Positions 1 through 11,349 of a stretch of 64,000 nt of DNA are shown in pieces. The position numbers were made by a program, and so were the translations under genes. This DNA comes from a bacterium (GTDB lineage: Bacteria; UBA8248), in NCBI GenBank assembly GCA_965213685.1, contig CBDBZY010000064.1, positions 1,408,001-1,472,000 on the forward strand, read 5' to 3'. Under the pieces are notes generated by a model. That model was given only the letters and a program-made list of their open reading frames with translations, ran no database searches and was not told the DNA's origin. The first letter of the stretch is position 1. Every line of letters starts with the position of its first letter.

Positions 1-6
1 AGGTCT

Positions 7-2279
7 ATGACATTACCATCTTTTAGGAAGTACAAGCCTGAAGGTACACAGAGCACGAATACCAGAAGAAAGCTATCCTCAGTTGTTAATCAGAATAGAA
101 CTTCTTTTCCTTGCATGGAAACAGCAAGCACTCTAGGTGAAAAGGCCACAAAACACAATGACAAAACTGTTGAACTTCACAAGCGACCACTTCCTCCCAC
201 TCCCAACAGTCCACAGATATCTCTATCCCACAAGAGTTCCCCAACACCTCAGCACCAAGCATCCTTTTCTCTTGCCATCAAAGAGCAGCCCATGCTCCTG
301 GCTGAAAAAATGGAGTCTGTAGCAGGTGACAAAGAGAGTGTAAGGAAAGACAGTCTTTCACAACCAAAAGATAAACAATATCTCTCAGCCAATGCACATT
401 CATGTACTGCAATGAATTCTAGTGAGCCAAGACTACTTCCATTTTCACCTACCACATCATTCACAGTAGGGCTAGAATCTGTTTCTGATCCAACTTCTAC
501 AAGTAGGGCACTCAACTATGCTGGTACTAATAGTGCAACTGCTGGTAATGATCCAAACTCCCCAAACCCTACTGCCTGTGTGCCTTCAACCCCTTCAATG
601 AAAGCAGTGACATATCTTGGTGAGACCATAAACAAGCATGCTGAACATTTTCCACTCCGTATTCGAGTTCTACAAGGGTATTGCAGTGAAGAATCTGAGC
701 AAAATCTTTCCACAAATGATGAGTTTGACATTCACTTTGTTAAGCACACTCGCATAATATCACTGAAAGACAAAGACGGATACACTCATCATATTCCACT
801 GGCATCATCCATGAAATTTGGATTGGTATACAATCCAATCAATGATTACAATAATGCACTAATTGGGCATGAATTTGAAAAATGCTCTGATATTATGGCA
901 ATGGCACCACTGCCCAAAGTAATATGTGCAATGAATGCTGTTAATAGCACAGAAGACAAAAGCAGCATACATGAACACGAGATTTTGGCTGTAAGGAACA
1001 TACACAAATCAAAATTCCGGGGTCGGAGATGGCTTAAAGTGTTTAGTTTCCTCTCAAATACAGAGAAACTTCTTCCTGATGATTGTGCAGGCCATTTTAC
1101 AACAAAACCTTCCCTAATTTGCTTACATCTTTCACAAATAATTCAAGGTGTAGATAATCCCTTTCCATCACAAGCAGTAGTATATCTAGGAGCTGAGTCA
1201 AAGATGACCAAAAACCTAAGCAACAGTCTGTCTGGTGTTATTACCCTTTGTGACTGCACCACTGAAGCATCATTGGTAGTAAGCCCTGTTGTTGATGGCT
1301 GTGCTGATAATGAGCACCAATTCAGCTTACCACTTAACAGTGTAACATCACAAATTGAAGTACAACCAATTCTATGGGAGATGGATGAACTTGATTACAT
1401 GTACGATGACACATTGACATTCACTAAACATAGAGATCAGCCATATGTCAATCTTATGGACATCTATGAACCAGATAATAACAATGCAAGAAGGGATACA
1501 GGTGGTGACGATACATATGCAACAGTGGAATTGGAAATGGGTGATTCAATTGAACAATTGGACACAAGTACCGAATATGACACAGTTCCTTTTGAAATGA
1601 ATGGAAGTGTACACACTGCTGACCACAATCTTATGGGGGAATCAAGTGCACAGTCCTCAGATATAGAGCGGTAAATGTACTGTGTGTGATCATTGTAGTA
1701 TATTCTTCACGTATACTGTATGTTCCATCAAACCTCAGAATTGAAGACACTCTCAGGAAACTTGCAATAAAAGTGGAATCCTTGGAATCACAGATAAAAA
1801 CCTTATCTAGGCAACCTACTGCATTGTTGCCACAACAATCAAGTGGTTCTTACTGTGACAAGGAACTAAACAAACAATTACTTTCCATGTTGAATGAAAA
1901 TCAAGTGAGTAACTTGCACTCTATTTTTTTGCATTGTAGCATTACCACTTAATACTCTACCTATACTGTCAGACCTAAGGTTGTTGAGCATCTCTACATG
2001 CAATACTTGCTAAGACTGCTAGTTAAAATAATGTACCTGTAGTGACATGTGCTCCAAAGTTGTTATTTGTATACACAGATTGAAGAGCTACTGATTGCTA
2101 TGGATCTTGAACAATACACAGCTAGCTTCAAAACAGAGCACATTACGGGTGCTATTCTACTGGAGTGCAGTGATGAAATTCTGGAAATGGAGTTAGGAGT
2201 GACTTTGAAAGTGCACAGGATTAGACTGATGAACGTAATTACAGGAAAGCAATCTGTCAAAACAATAATGGAGATATAG
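7..2279 (+). CDS. Signalling adaptor with CABIT-like region, Tyr motifs and C-terminal SAM domain (GAREM/Themis-like architecture); exons 7-1670, 1739-1904, 2079-2279; 5' end may lie outside window
   Basis: 555-aa ORF splices in frame (GT at 1671 and 1905; AG at 1737-38 and 2077-78) to a coiled-coil exon and a SAM exon (LIAMDLEQYTASFKTEHITGAILLECSDEILEMELGV..HRIRLM). Has PxxP (KRPLPPTP) and Tyr motifs (YATV, YDTV, YVNL). CABIT call from FPLRIRVLQG..IHFVK..IPL and LPKVICA patterns is by eye. Confidence 0.72.
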
Positions 2280-3253
2280 CTTCTGCAAAGTTATTCTAAG
2301 TTTAATATTGTGCAACAGTTTTCAATAGTATAGATGGACTTTATCACTCACAACTAGAATAGTTGGTAGAAATTACCATCACTCCTTTTTCGACTGCAGC
2401 ACTGGTATATGCAACTATAAAATATAATTCATATAATTATGGAAAAAGTAAAATATTTAATCATGTTTTGTAATAAGAGATATATGAGTTCAAAGTTCAT
2501 GAAGTGCAACTATAGGCGGATACTCTGAGCAGTTGTGTTGCAGCATCATGACATTGCACAAGTGTACTTCACCAATACCATAAGTGCATTCATTACATAA
2601 TTATACGCATCATTAGTGTGCCACATATGCACACATAAGGTAACTTCTACATGATCGGACAATATGGGGGTGGTCAGTGTCAAAAGTGACTGTTTTATAT
2701 TAAATGACAGTTTTGGAGCTATGTGTTCCCTGAATTGGGGTGTGTGTTTCATGATATGTTTGTGAGAAGGGTATGTATTGTGTCTGTGAGAGGGGGTGTG
2801 TGTTGTGTGAGAGGTAGCATGTGTTCTGTTTGGGGGAAGTTCTGTGGTTCTGAGGCCTGTATTCTGTGAGGGGTAGTGTTCTGTGAGAGGGCATATGTGC
2901 TTCTGTGAGGAGAGTGTTCTGTGAGAGGTGTTCTTAATAAGGGGAGTGGTATGGCAAAACTACTGATAGCAGGTGAACACAAATGTGGTAGTGTGTGGAT
3001 CTATTGTAATGGCAGATGGTTTCAACAGCAAGAAGTCGCAACAGCAAATCTGTTGCTGGAAGCAGTATCTAGGCTAGAAAATATGACCAGCAATAGGTAA
3101 TATTAGTGATAGCACAACTTGAAATGTCCCCAACAGAATTGAATCTTCCTTCATGCCTCAGGTTGTTTCCCGGTCCAGATCACTTGCTTTTGGAATGTAA
3201 GGCAATCTGAATCCTCATAGAGCACAACCCCACCCCACAGAACCCTCCACTTT

Positions 3254-4197
3254 ATGAAACACCAGAAGCACTTAACTTCTATATGTACCTGGGTTACCAA
3301 CAATCACCTCACTTTGAATTCTAAGAAGAGTTGTTACATGTTGTTCTCCAGGAAGTCACATCCAACTGTTCCTGCTACTAACCTTTATACTGGAGACTGC
3401 CAACCACTTACAAGAGTTTCCCATTATAAATACCTCGGACTTAATTTTTCTGAGGATCTATCATGGAGCCATCATATTCAGATACAGTGCAAGAAATCCC
3501 GCAAACTGATTGGAATTTTGTTTCGAAACTTCTATGCGTACTGCAATGCTCATACTCTACATGTTCTGTTCAAAACTGTGATTATGCCCCACTTAGAATA
3601 TGGTTGTGTGGTTTGGGATCCTCACCTGCTCAAAGACAAAACAGCCATCAAAAATGTTCACAAGTTTGCTTTAAGGGTGTGCTCAAAGCAATGGAGAGCT
3701 AGCTATGAGTCTCTTCTGACCACTTTTCATGCTTTTTCAATGTCAGAAAGAAGAGTACAACTGAAACTGCTCACATTATTTAATATGGTTAAGGGAAATA
3801 TTTTGCTACCATCGCTTCCATTACAGCCTAGGAATATTCCATATGCCATCAGACATGCAAATCAGCATCAGCTCACTCTCCCTCTGTACCGCACAAACTC
3901 TTTCAAGCACTCTTTTTTCCCTTCTGCCATCACCTACTGGAATGACCTCCCTTTTGACACAATGGAACTATCATCTCCAGCAATGTTTAAAAGACTTGTA
4001 ATGCAGCTCTAGTCAGTAACTATTGCATTTCTTTTTCCTTATATTTCTTTCCTTTGTTTTTGCTGTTCATTCACATTCCCTTTTCCTTGTGTATGTGTTC
4101 TTTTTTCCTTTGGCCTCAGGATTAGTATTAGCTCTTGTAGCTATTTCTTGCAGGCTGTGCACACTTGGCACAAATTTGTCAATTAAAAAAAAAAAAA
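3254..4197 (+). mobile_element. 5'-truncated CR1/L2-type LINE (RT C-terminus, 3' UTR, poly-A)
   Basis: ORF 3254-4012 with YKYLG..LSWSHHI, PHLEYGCVVWDP, SFFPSAITYWN typical of CR1-clade ORF2 C-terminus; A13 tail at 4185-4197. Confidence 0.9.
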
Positions 4198-4513
4198 GCA
4201 CCATGATGTTAGCCTCGTTCCCAGGCTCCCCCCTAGCGTACGCATATGACCTTTGCAGTACAACAATCGAAAAATCAGAGGGAGAGCATTTCATCCCACG
4301 AATGACGTCACAGGGTAAGAACTTTATTGCCGAGCGCCTTAGCGCGAGGCAACTAATTCCGCATCGCATCTCAGAAATAGTTTCTATTTAAGTATGTATG
4401 TATGTATGTACGTCACGCTTAGGAATTTTTTTTTTTTTTTTTTTTTCTATAAAAGTTTATGCCAAATGCAAAGGTTACATACAGTAGCAGAGTGCTAATA
4501 CAAGGTATGCAAC

Positions 4514-7333
4514 CTAAGGACAAAGAAACAAGGGACAGAGAGAAGACTTAAATGAGTGTATAGAGTCAGCAGTTAAAGCCTCGTGGGGTAAATTGTTCCA
4601 TAGTGATATAGAAGAAAGAACAAAAGATGAGAAGAAAGAATTGGTGCGTGCAAAGGGTTGATGAAGAAGTGGTACAGGTGCTGAGATGTTTGACCTAAGT
4701 GGCAATATATCAACAGGAAAGTAAATTAATTTATGAACAATCTTATAAAGAGTACACAACTTAAAATACAGACGACGGTTACGGAGAGTAGGACACTTAG
4801 CAAGGTCAAGTAAATCCTGATAACTCAGATTATCCCATTGTTTAGAACATATTTTCAATGCAAGTTTCTGTGTATTTTCCAGTTTTTTTATGCTTCTGGC
4901 TGTACAAGGATCCCAAACTGGGGCTGCATATTCTAAATGTGGCCTGATTTGTGTGGTATACAGTTCAAAGAGAGTGTCAGATCCAGCACTATTGTAAAAG
5001 CATCCGTAAAGTAGGCCCAAGAGTTTCCTTGCTTTGGTGCAAACAGATTCAATGTGTGGTGTCCAAGAGAGGTCTGACGATAGGATGACACCAAGGTATT
5101 TGATGGTATCGACACATTCCAGTGGAATACCCTCTAGAAGTATGGCTGGGACATCGGTTGGTTTCCTCTTTCGAGACACTCTCATATATTTGCACTTAGA
5201 TGGATTCATAGTCAGATGATGTGTGCGAACCCAAGTATTTAATAAGTCATTGTCCTGCTGAAGGTGTTGAGTGTCACCTGCAGAATTGAGACCTCTGTAC
5301 AACAACATGTCATCAGCAAATAAGTTAATGTAGGTACCAGAGGAGAAAGGCAAGCTAGCAGCATCATTGATGTAGATAAGGAACAGCAAGGGTCCTAACA
5401 CTGAGCCCTGTGGTACTCCAGACAGCACTGGTAAAGGAGCTGAAGATTCGCCACCAACAACCACTTTTTGAAATCGTCGAGTAAGGTAACTTCGCACCCA
5501 TTTCAGAATATGGGGATGAAGCCCAGTAGCTTCTAATTTCTGAAGTAGGGGTACATGAGGAACTGAGTCAAACGCTTTGCGAAGGTCATAGAAGATGGCA
5601 AGAATTTCCTTGCCAGTCTCCAGTGCTTGAAGCCAAGCATGGACCACAGTTAGGAGAGAAGCCACAGCTGACTTTCCATGTTGAAACCCCCACTGGTTAA
5701 GAGCAAGTTGGTAAGAGGTGTTGAAATGATCAGTAAGCAGCCAATGGAAGTGTCGTTCAAGCAATTTGCTCATTATGGAGAGGAGGGAGATTGGCCGGTA
5801 GTTGTCAGGTTTACTACTATCACCACCCTTGGGAATGGGAACGATGGATGATTCCTTCCAACATTGAGGAAACTTGCCAGTCCTGATTGAAATGTTAAAT
5901 AACTTTGTTAGTGATGGAACAATACTCTCAAGTGTGCCTTTTAACATCCTAGAAGAAATTCCATCTGGTCCACTGGCTTTAGACACATCCAGAGAGCGAA
6001 TAAGGGCTGCTACCTCCTCTTCACAACAGAGGAAATCATCTGGACAGTGGTTAGATGGACAATCATTTAGGGGCTCAAGTAATGGTGGAACAGCAGGATT
6101 GAAACAGCTGGAGAAGAAGTCATTCAGCATCTTAGCTTTGGCTGAGTTGGTAGATGCAGACACATCATTTAACATAAGAGTAGGAATGGTTGATTTTTGT
6201 TTGCTAAGACATTTGATTGCTTTCCAAAACTGTTTCTTGTTAGTTGAACTTAAGGTATTGAAGTAGGCTCTTCGAGATTTACGAATCATGGAAGTTACAG
6301 TATTACGCAACATTTGGTACCTCTTAGCACTGTTGCAGTTGGGAGACTTCTTATGTTTTCGAAAAGCAATGTTACGTTTATGAATACACCGAACAATATT
6401 CTGGTTCAGCCAGGGCAGATTGTGCCTCCTTGGCAGTTGCCTTTGAGGAATACACTCCGACATTATCTCAAGAAAGCGTTTTTGCCAGTTACGGGTGGAA
6501 GTGTCAATGTCATTTTCATGTAGCAAGCTGTCCCAGTCAGTGATGCGAATCAGGTCACAAGCCTTGGTGAAATCCGCATGCTTGTAGTCCCAAATTAGGC
6601 GCTGGGATAGTTTGAACTGTCTGTGAGTGGGTTTCCATTTTAGTAGAAGGTGGAGGCCATTGTGGTCAGAATTTGCAAGAGGTGGGGTAGTACAGCACTG
6701 AATAAGTTGAGACATGTCTGATAACAGAGCCAGATCAATGATAGATGGCTCTCCATTTGGTTTAGTGTGAGTTGAAGAAGTGACTGCTTGTGAAAGTGAA
6801 AAGGTATATAAAAACCCATGTAACTTTGGGGAGAGAGGATGGCTGGGATTGCAAAAATCCACATTGAAATCTCCTATAAGTACGAAAGTAGAAAAACGGG
6901 AAGGATTGATGTTGTGTACAATTGAAAGAAGAGAATCAAAAATATTTGCAGGAGACGATGGTGGCCTATAAAACAGTGAGATGCAATGCTTTGATTTGGG
7001 AGGTGGGGAAGAAATGGAAACAGAGAGAAACTCTAGATTGGGAGATCCCGTCATTAGTAATTCACTAGTGACACATGACTTTACATAAATTATGACCCCA
7101 CCACCATGCCTGTTCCGGTCTAACCTATAAAGTGCATAGCCCACCAGGGAAATTTCAAAGTCAGATATTTCAGTGGAGAGCCAGGATTCCACTATGCAGA
7201 TTACAGTTGGTTCAAGATCTTCCACAGTAGCAGCCAGTTCATCAAACTTGGGAAGGAGACTTCTTGCATTGTAATACAAAATTGACAAAGGATTGGAGCT
7301 GGGAGTACCAGGTTGAAAGCTTGCGCCTTCCAC
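4514..7333 (-). CDS. LINE ORF2: APE endonuclease + reverse transcriptase
   Basis: 939 aa uninterrupted. APE motifs YYNARSL, IVESWL, IGDFN, SDH; RT motifs YRPISLL, YDLRKAFD, GVPQGSVLGP, FADD, KYLGV. No AUG upstream of the APE domain. Confidence 0.95.
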   Translation of the reverse strand: MEGASFQPGTPSSNPLSILYYNARSLLPKFDELAATVEDLEPTVICIVESWLSTEISDFEISLVGYALYRLDRNRHGGGVIIYVKSCVTSELLMTGSPNLEFLSVSISSPPPKSKHCISLFYRPPSSPANIFDSLLSIVHNINPSRFSTFVLIGDFNVDFCNPSHPLSPKLHGFLYTFSLSQAVTSSTHTKPNGEPSIIDLALLSDMSQLIQCCTTPPLANSDHNGLHLLLKWKPTHRQFKLSQRLIWDYKHADFTKACDLIRITDWDSLLHENDIDTSTRNWQKRFLEIMSECIPQRQLPRRHNLPWLNQNIVRCIHKRNIAFRKHKKSPNCNSAKRYQMLRNTVTSMIRKSRRAYFNTLSSTNKKQFWKAIKCLSKQKSTIPTLMLNDVSASTNSAKAKMLNDFFSSCFNPAVPPLLEPLNDCPSNHCPDDFLCCEEEVAALIRSLDVSKASGPDGISSRMLKGTLESIVPSLTKLFNISIRTGKFPQCWKESSIVPIPKGGDSSKPDNYRPISLLSIMSKLLERHFHWLLTDHFNTSYQLALNQWGFQHGKSAVASLLTVVHAWLQALETGKEILAIFYDLRKAFDSVPHVPLLQKLEATGLHPHILKWVRSYLTRRFQKVVVGGESSAPLPVLSGVPQGSVLGPLLFLIYINDAASLPFSSGTYINLFADDMLLYRGLNSAGDTQHLQQDNDLLNTWVRTHHLTMNPSKCKYMRVSRKRKPTDVPAILLEGIPLECVDTIKYLGVILSSDLSWTPHIESVCTKARKLLGLLYGCFYNSAGSDTLFELYTTQIRPHLEYAAPVWDPCTARSIKKLENTQKLALKICSKQWDNLSYQDLLDLAKCPTLRNRRLYFKLCTLYKIVHKLIYFPVDILPLRSNISAPVPLLHQPFARTNSFFSSFVLSSISLWNNLPHEALTADSIHSFKSSLCPLFLCP

Positions 7334-7350
7334 GAAAGGAGTAAGTGCTT

Positions 7351-7869
7351 CTAATTGTCTAAAAAAGGCGGTGTATTTACAGGAGGTAGGGAGTCAGACA
7401 ATAGGGAACAATGGGTCACACCGTCTGCACTGATGTCTTCACTGTGAGTAACAATGACTGTGTCTGTAGCAGTTGCAGATGAAGATGTAGAAGATTGTTG
7501 AGCATTGTCTGGTTGCAGTGTAGATGTTTGTGGTTGCTCTGGTTGCTGGCCAGGTAGGACATTGGCAGGAGAGCTGTCTTCATAGCAGTACATATTCTCT
7601 AGTTTCCAACCTGTGTGGGTAGAAATGTTCATCCATTGTTGTTCAAGCATGTTTATGGCAGACAGATCTCCCCGTATTACAAACCACCACCTTTTCACCA
7701 GTCCACATTGCGAGGTTTTGTACTTGCGTTTGATTACCAGGCCACTTGTCAAAGATTGTGTGGGAATGAAGCGCCCAATTGCATTGAATAGTGCTGTCGA
7801 TGTGGTAGACCTCAGAGTGCCCCATACCTTCCTTGCATCTGGGATGAGAGCACGATTCTTGAGTGGTTT
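7351..7869 (-). CDS. LINE ORF1 C-terminal fragment
   Basis: Open frame directly upstream of ORF2 within the element (RKVWGTL..KRWWFVIRG..GWKLE, then Q/S/T-rich tail); the first residues of track ORF 7351-7908 are host sequence. Confidence 0.75.
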   Translation of the reverse strand, partial: KPLKNRALIPDARKVWGTLRSTTSTALFNAIGRFIPTQSLTSGLVIKRKYKTSQCGLVKRWWFVIRGDLSAINMLEQQWMNISTHTGWKLENMYCYEDSSPANVLPGQQPEQPQTSTLQPDNAQQSSTSSSATATDTVIVTHSEDISADGVTHCSLLSDSLPPVNTPPFLDN

Positions 7870-8519
7870 TGCAATTAGTTTGTGCGCTACGCGCAAACGT
7901 ACGTGCATGTGCGCCAGTTAGCATGCAAACGGCAGTACAAGTCGAGGCGCCGGCGCGTATACGACGGCCTACTCCTACTGCAGGCTTCCTGCATGTGAGC
8001 GGCCGTCTCCGTGATCCCGGCCAGCATAATCAAGGTCTTCTCGCCTAGGGGGTTTACCAGCTGATACTAAACTGGGAGTCAGAAAAGTAGTCAAAACTAT
8101 TGCTAACACTTCAACCGCAGAAATTAATTGCGCGAGGCTCTACACTGCGTATACGTATCTCTCAAGTGAAAGCTACCGCAAGCAGTAGAACGCCTACGCT
8201 AGCCAAATACTATGCGAAGCAGCGCGTTGGTTCATCGCTGCATCGTCGGTTCTCTGTGCGAAGCGACACTGAAAGGCGGGTAGAGTCGGGACAAGAAAGA
8301 ACAGAGCCCGCTCAGATAGTTGCGGGAGGAAAGCACGCGGCGTCTTACTAGTTACTGTGAATGTATCTGAGTAGCCCATTTGCTAAGCAGCTTTACGCAA
8401 GCTGCTAACCTTTTCCTTGTATGTGACCTTGAGTGTTCTCGGTACTGTAGTAGTCGCACGGTCTTCACGTTAGCACAGCCTGAGCGCGGTAGAGCGCAGG
8501 TGTGGTTTATTTCCGTGGG

Positions 8520-9180
8520 CAACACCGGTACGCGAATTTTTATCTGACTCACCGTTTTCGAACTTTAGCGTGAGGTCAAGGTTCACAACAAAGAGTGGGA
8601 GCGCGCGGCCGTAGTACACAGCAGTGTGTCCTCTAAACGTAGAGAAAACGTGATGTGACTGGTGAGCTTTCTGTTTCTTACATGGGGGCAGGAATAGGTG
8701 GGAGCAGGGGTGGCCATACCCCCCACACTTGCCAGCTATTGCATTGTATCAAAGCTTATATAATTTTGTAGGCTGACTTTTGTATATGGGTGTGGCTAGA
8801 TGTCCCCTCCACTTAACATGTAGACTCTACTTCCTACTTCCATGTATAAACGCAAAACTCACACTAAGCACTAATTTTGTTTTGTTATGGTGACTGACAA
8901 GGTTTTGTGTTTATACGTTAACTAAGTGGAGGGGGCACCTAGCCACACACATATCCGCCTACAAAAACTGTATAAGCACTACAATAGCTGGAGAGTGGGA
9001 GGCCATGGACACCCCTGCTCCCACCTATTCTTACCCCCTTGTAAGAAACGCTTACCTGTCACATCCCGTTGTCTGCGTTAGGAACGCACTGCCGCCGCAA
9101 GCGCCTCCACATTTTATTGTGAACCTTGACCTCACGCGAATTTCGAAAAGGGTGCGTCAGACTACCGGTACCGTGGCGGG
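8520..9180. mobile_element. Foldback/MITE made of long imperfect inverted arms
   Basis: TTTTCGAACTTTAGCGTGAGGTCAAGGTTCACAA (~8556) is inverted at ~9117-9150; inner arms (~8677-8815 vs ~8925-9048) also complementary; second, interrupted copy at ~43230-44700. Confidence 0.75.
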
Positions 9181-10545
9181 CGAATTTTTTTTGGAACCAC
9201 TTTCGACTTAGACTTTTCTTCAAAGCCGAAGTACGCATGCGCAATCGTGAGACCACACCCCTTTGAACGTTGATCGTGGAAGGAAGGCGCTTACTCTTTA
9301 TATAAAGGGGAGTGTGAAGACGCTAGCAGCGCTTTGTGTGAGACAGTTGCTGTGCAAGCAACAGCTGTAGGAAGAAGGAAGTGTATTCAGTCATGACGAA
9401 AGGCTTGAGCGTCATCAGGAGCTTTAGTCAAGCATCCCGCTAGTTTATCTATGGTAAAGCAGGGGCAAAGGCAAGGTGGGCTCTAGGTACTTGCATACCA
9501 ATCATAAAAACACAGAAAGGGGCATCGCCATGCCTAGCTGTAAAGGTGCAAAGAGTTGGGTTAGCCTGCTGTATAGAGCCTTGCCCTTTGCCCTACAAAA
9601 CTTTGCTGCAGTACCCTTCAACTTCAAGCGGGTAGTTTGCACGTGCGATATAACTAGCAGACAAACTTATACCTTAAAGGCTTTGCCAGCTGGGTAGGCA
9701 CTTAGGCGTTGTATGGCAGCTTTTTGGCCATCAAGAGATAATAAGAAGCGGTAGCTTGTTCTAATGAAACGTGTGCATGTGTACGTGTGTGCTTTGTGAC
9801 TGTGCGTGCATATAGCTACTTCTCACCGACACGACTCCATTGAATATCTACAGTGCATGTCGTTGACGCCTGGTTGAACCCCTATAGCTAGCAAGCTAAC
9901 AGTCTCTCACTGAAATCTTGTACCCCTGTAGCAAGGCCGGCGCAAGCGGTACGGCCGGTACGGTTTTGGCCGTACCACTTTTTTGGAGGAAACTATGCGG
10001 GGGCGAAAGTTTGACAGGCGTCAGTCGGGTCGCCAACGGAAATCTCACGTGATTTTATTTGCAACATGACGTTCATACGTAAGGACCATTTGGCCAAAGA
10101 TGGGAGAAGACGGAGGTGGAGAAACCAGCGGCCCTCGTGTCACGCTCGATCAAAGACATGGAACAGTAAGTTACGGAATAGCTTACCATACAATTTGTGT
10201 GACAAAATACCGGCTGTTGTGGCTGAATGTCTGTTTATAACAGCCGGGAAACGCTATAATCTTCCTCGTGTATGAACCGGAAACTCTGTTTACGTTTACT
10301 TACCGTGGGCTTATAAGTAGCTTCTGGGCTGGAACAGCTTCATACTTGATGTATACATACTTTAGTATAGTAGCTACTGTGCTGCCGAGTTTCTTGGTGC
10401 AATTCGGCTGCCAAAATGGTTTCCTCACTACAAATAATTTGACCCTTGGTACGGCTAAGTACCGTTTTGTGGTATGTAGGCTGTGCTGTTGTTGAACAGG
10501 CATGTCGATTCATATGAAGAGGGTGTACATGATATAAGAAGGAAT

Positions 10546-11343
10546 GAGGGAGAGAGCTCTGTGCGGCCAGCAGTCTGAGGGAGAGAGAGCTCTGTGCGGC
10601 CAGCAGTCTGAGGGAGAGAGAGAGATCTGCATGGCCAGCAGTCTGAGGGAGAGAGAGAGATCTGCATGGCCAGCAGTCTGAGGGAGAGAGAGCTCTGTGC
10701 AACCAGCAGTCTGAGGGAGAGAGAGCTCTGTGCGGCCAGCAGTCTGAGGGAGAGAGAGCTCTGTGTGGCCCATAGTCTGAGGGAAAGAGAGCTCTGTGCA
10801 GCCAGCAGTCTGAGGGAGAGAGAGCTCTGTGTGGCCCATAGTCTGAGGGAGAGAGAGTTCCATCTGGCCAGTAGTCTGCATGGCCAGTAGTCTGAGGGAG
10901 AGAGAGCTCTGTGCGGCCAGCAGTCTGAGAGAGAGAGAACTGTATGGCCAGCAGTCTGAGGGAGAGAGAGAGATCTGTGTGGCCAGCAGTCTGAGGGAGA
11001 GAGAGCTCCATCTGGCCAGTAGTCTGAGGGAGAGAGAGCTCTGTGCGGCCAGCAGTCTGAGGGAGAGAGAGAGAGAGAGCTCTGTGTGGCCCATAGTCTG
11101 AGGGAGAGAGAGCTCTGTGTGGCCAGCAGTCTGAGGGAGAGAGAGCTCTGTGTGGCCCATAGTCTGAGGGAGAGAGAGCTCCATCTGGCCAGTAGTCTGC
11201 ATGGCCAGTAGTCTGAGGGAGAGAGAGCTCTGTGCGGCCAGCAGTCTGAGGGAGAGAGAGAGAGATCTGTGCGGCCAGCAGTCTGAGGGAGAGAGAGAGA
11301 GAGATCTGTGCAGCCCATAGTCTTGAGGGAGAGAGCTCTGTGT
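10546..11343. repeat. Minisatellite, ~30-bp unit GAGGGA(GA)nGCTCTGTGCGGCCAGCAGTCT
   Basis: Roughly 25 tandem copies with variable GA length and variant units. Confidence 0.95.
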
Positions 11344-11349
11344 GTGCTT

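Larger units (their letters stand above)
4426..7869 (-). mobile_element. Young CR1-clade LINE, 5'-truncated within ORF1
   Basis: Poly-A (T21 on + at 4426-4446), intact ORF2, ORF1 C-terminal part; boundaries defined by the empty-site paralogue at ~31975-31990. Confidence 0.93.
4327..8066 (+). repeat. Dispersed repeat with 5' hairpin and (TATG)n microsatellite (Helentron/HINE-like), split by a LINE
   Basis: 4327-4425 plus 7870-8066 align with an uninterrupted copy at ~31877-32170 (TTGCCGAGCGCCTTAGCGCGAGGCAA..(TATG)n..CTTAGGAA^TGCAATTA). HINE assignment is inference. Confidence 0.65.

Noticed and set aside
7870-7908. Start of track ORF 7351-7908
   Set aside because: Lies in the host repeat beyond the LINE 5' truncation point.
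10546-11343. Possible CRISPR array
   Set aside because: Contiguous tandem units without unique spacers; eukaryotic context; no cas genes.
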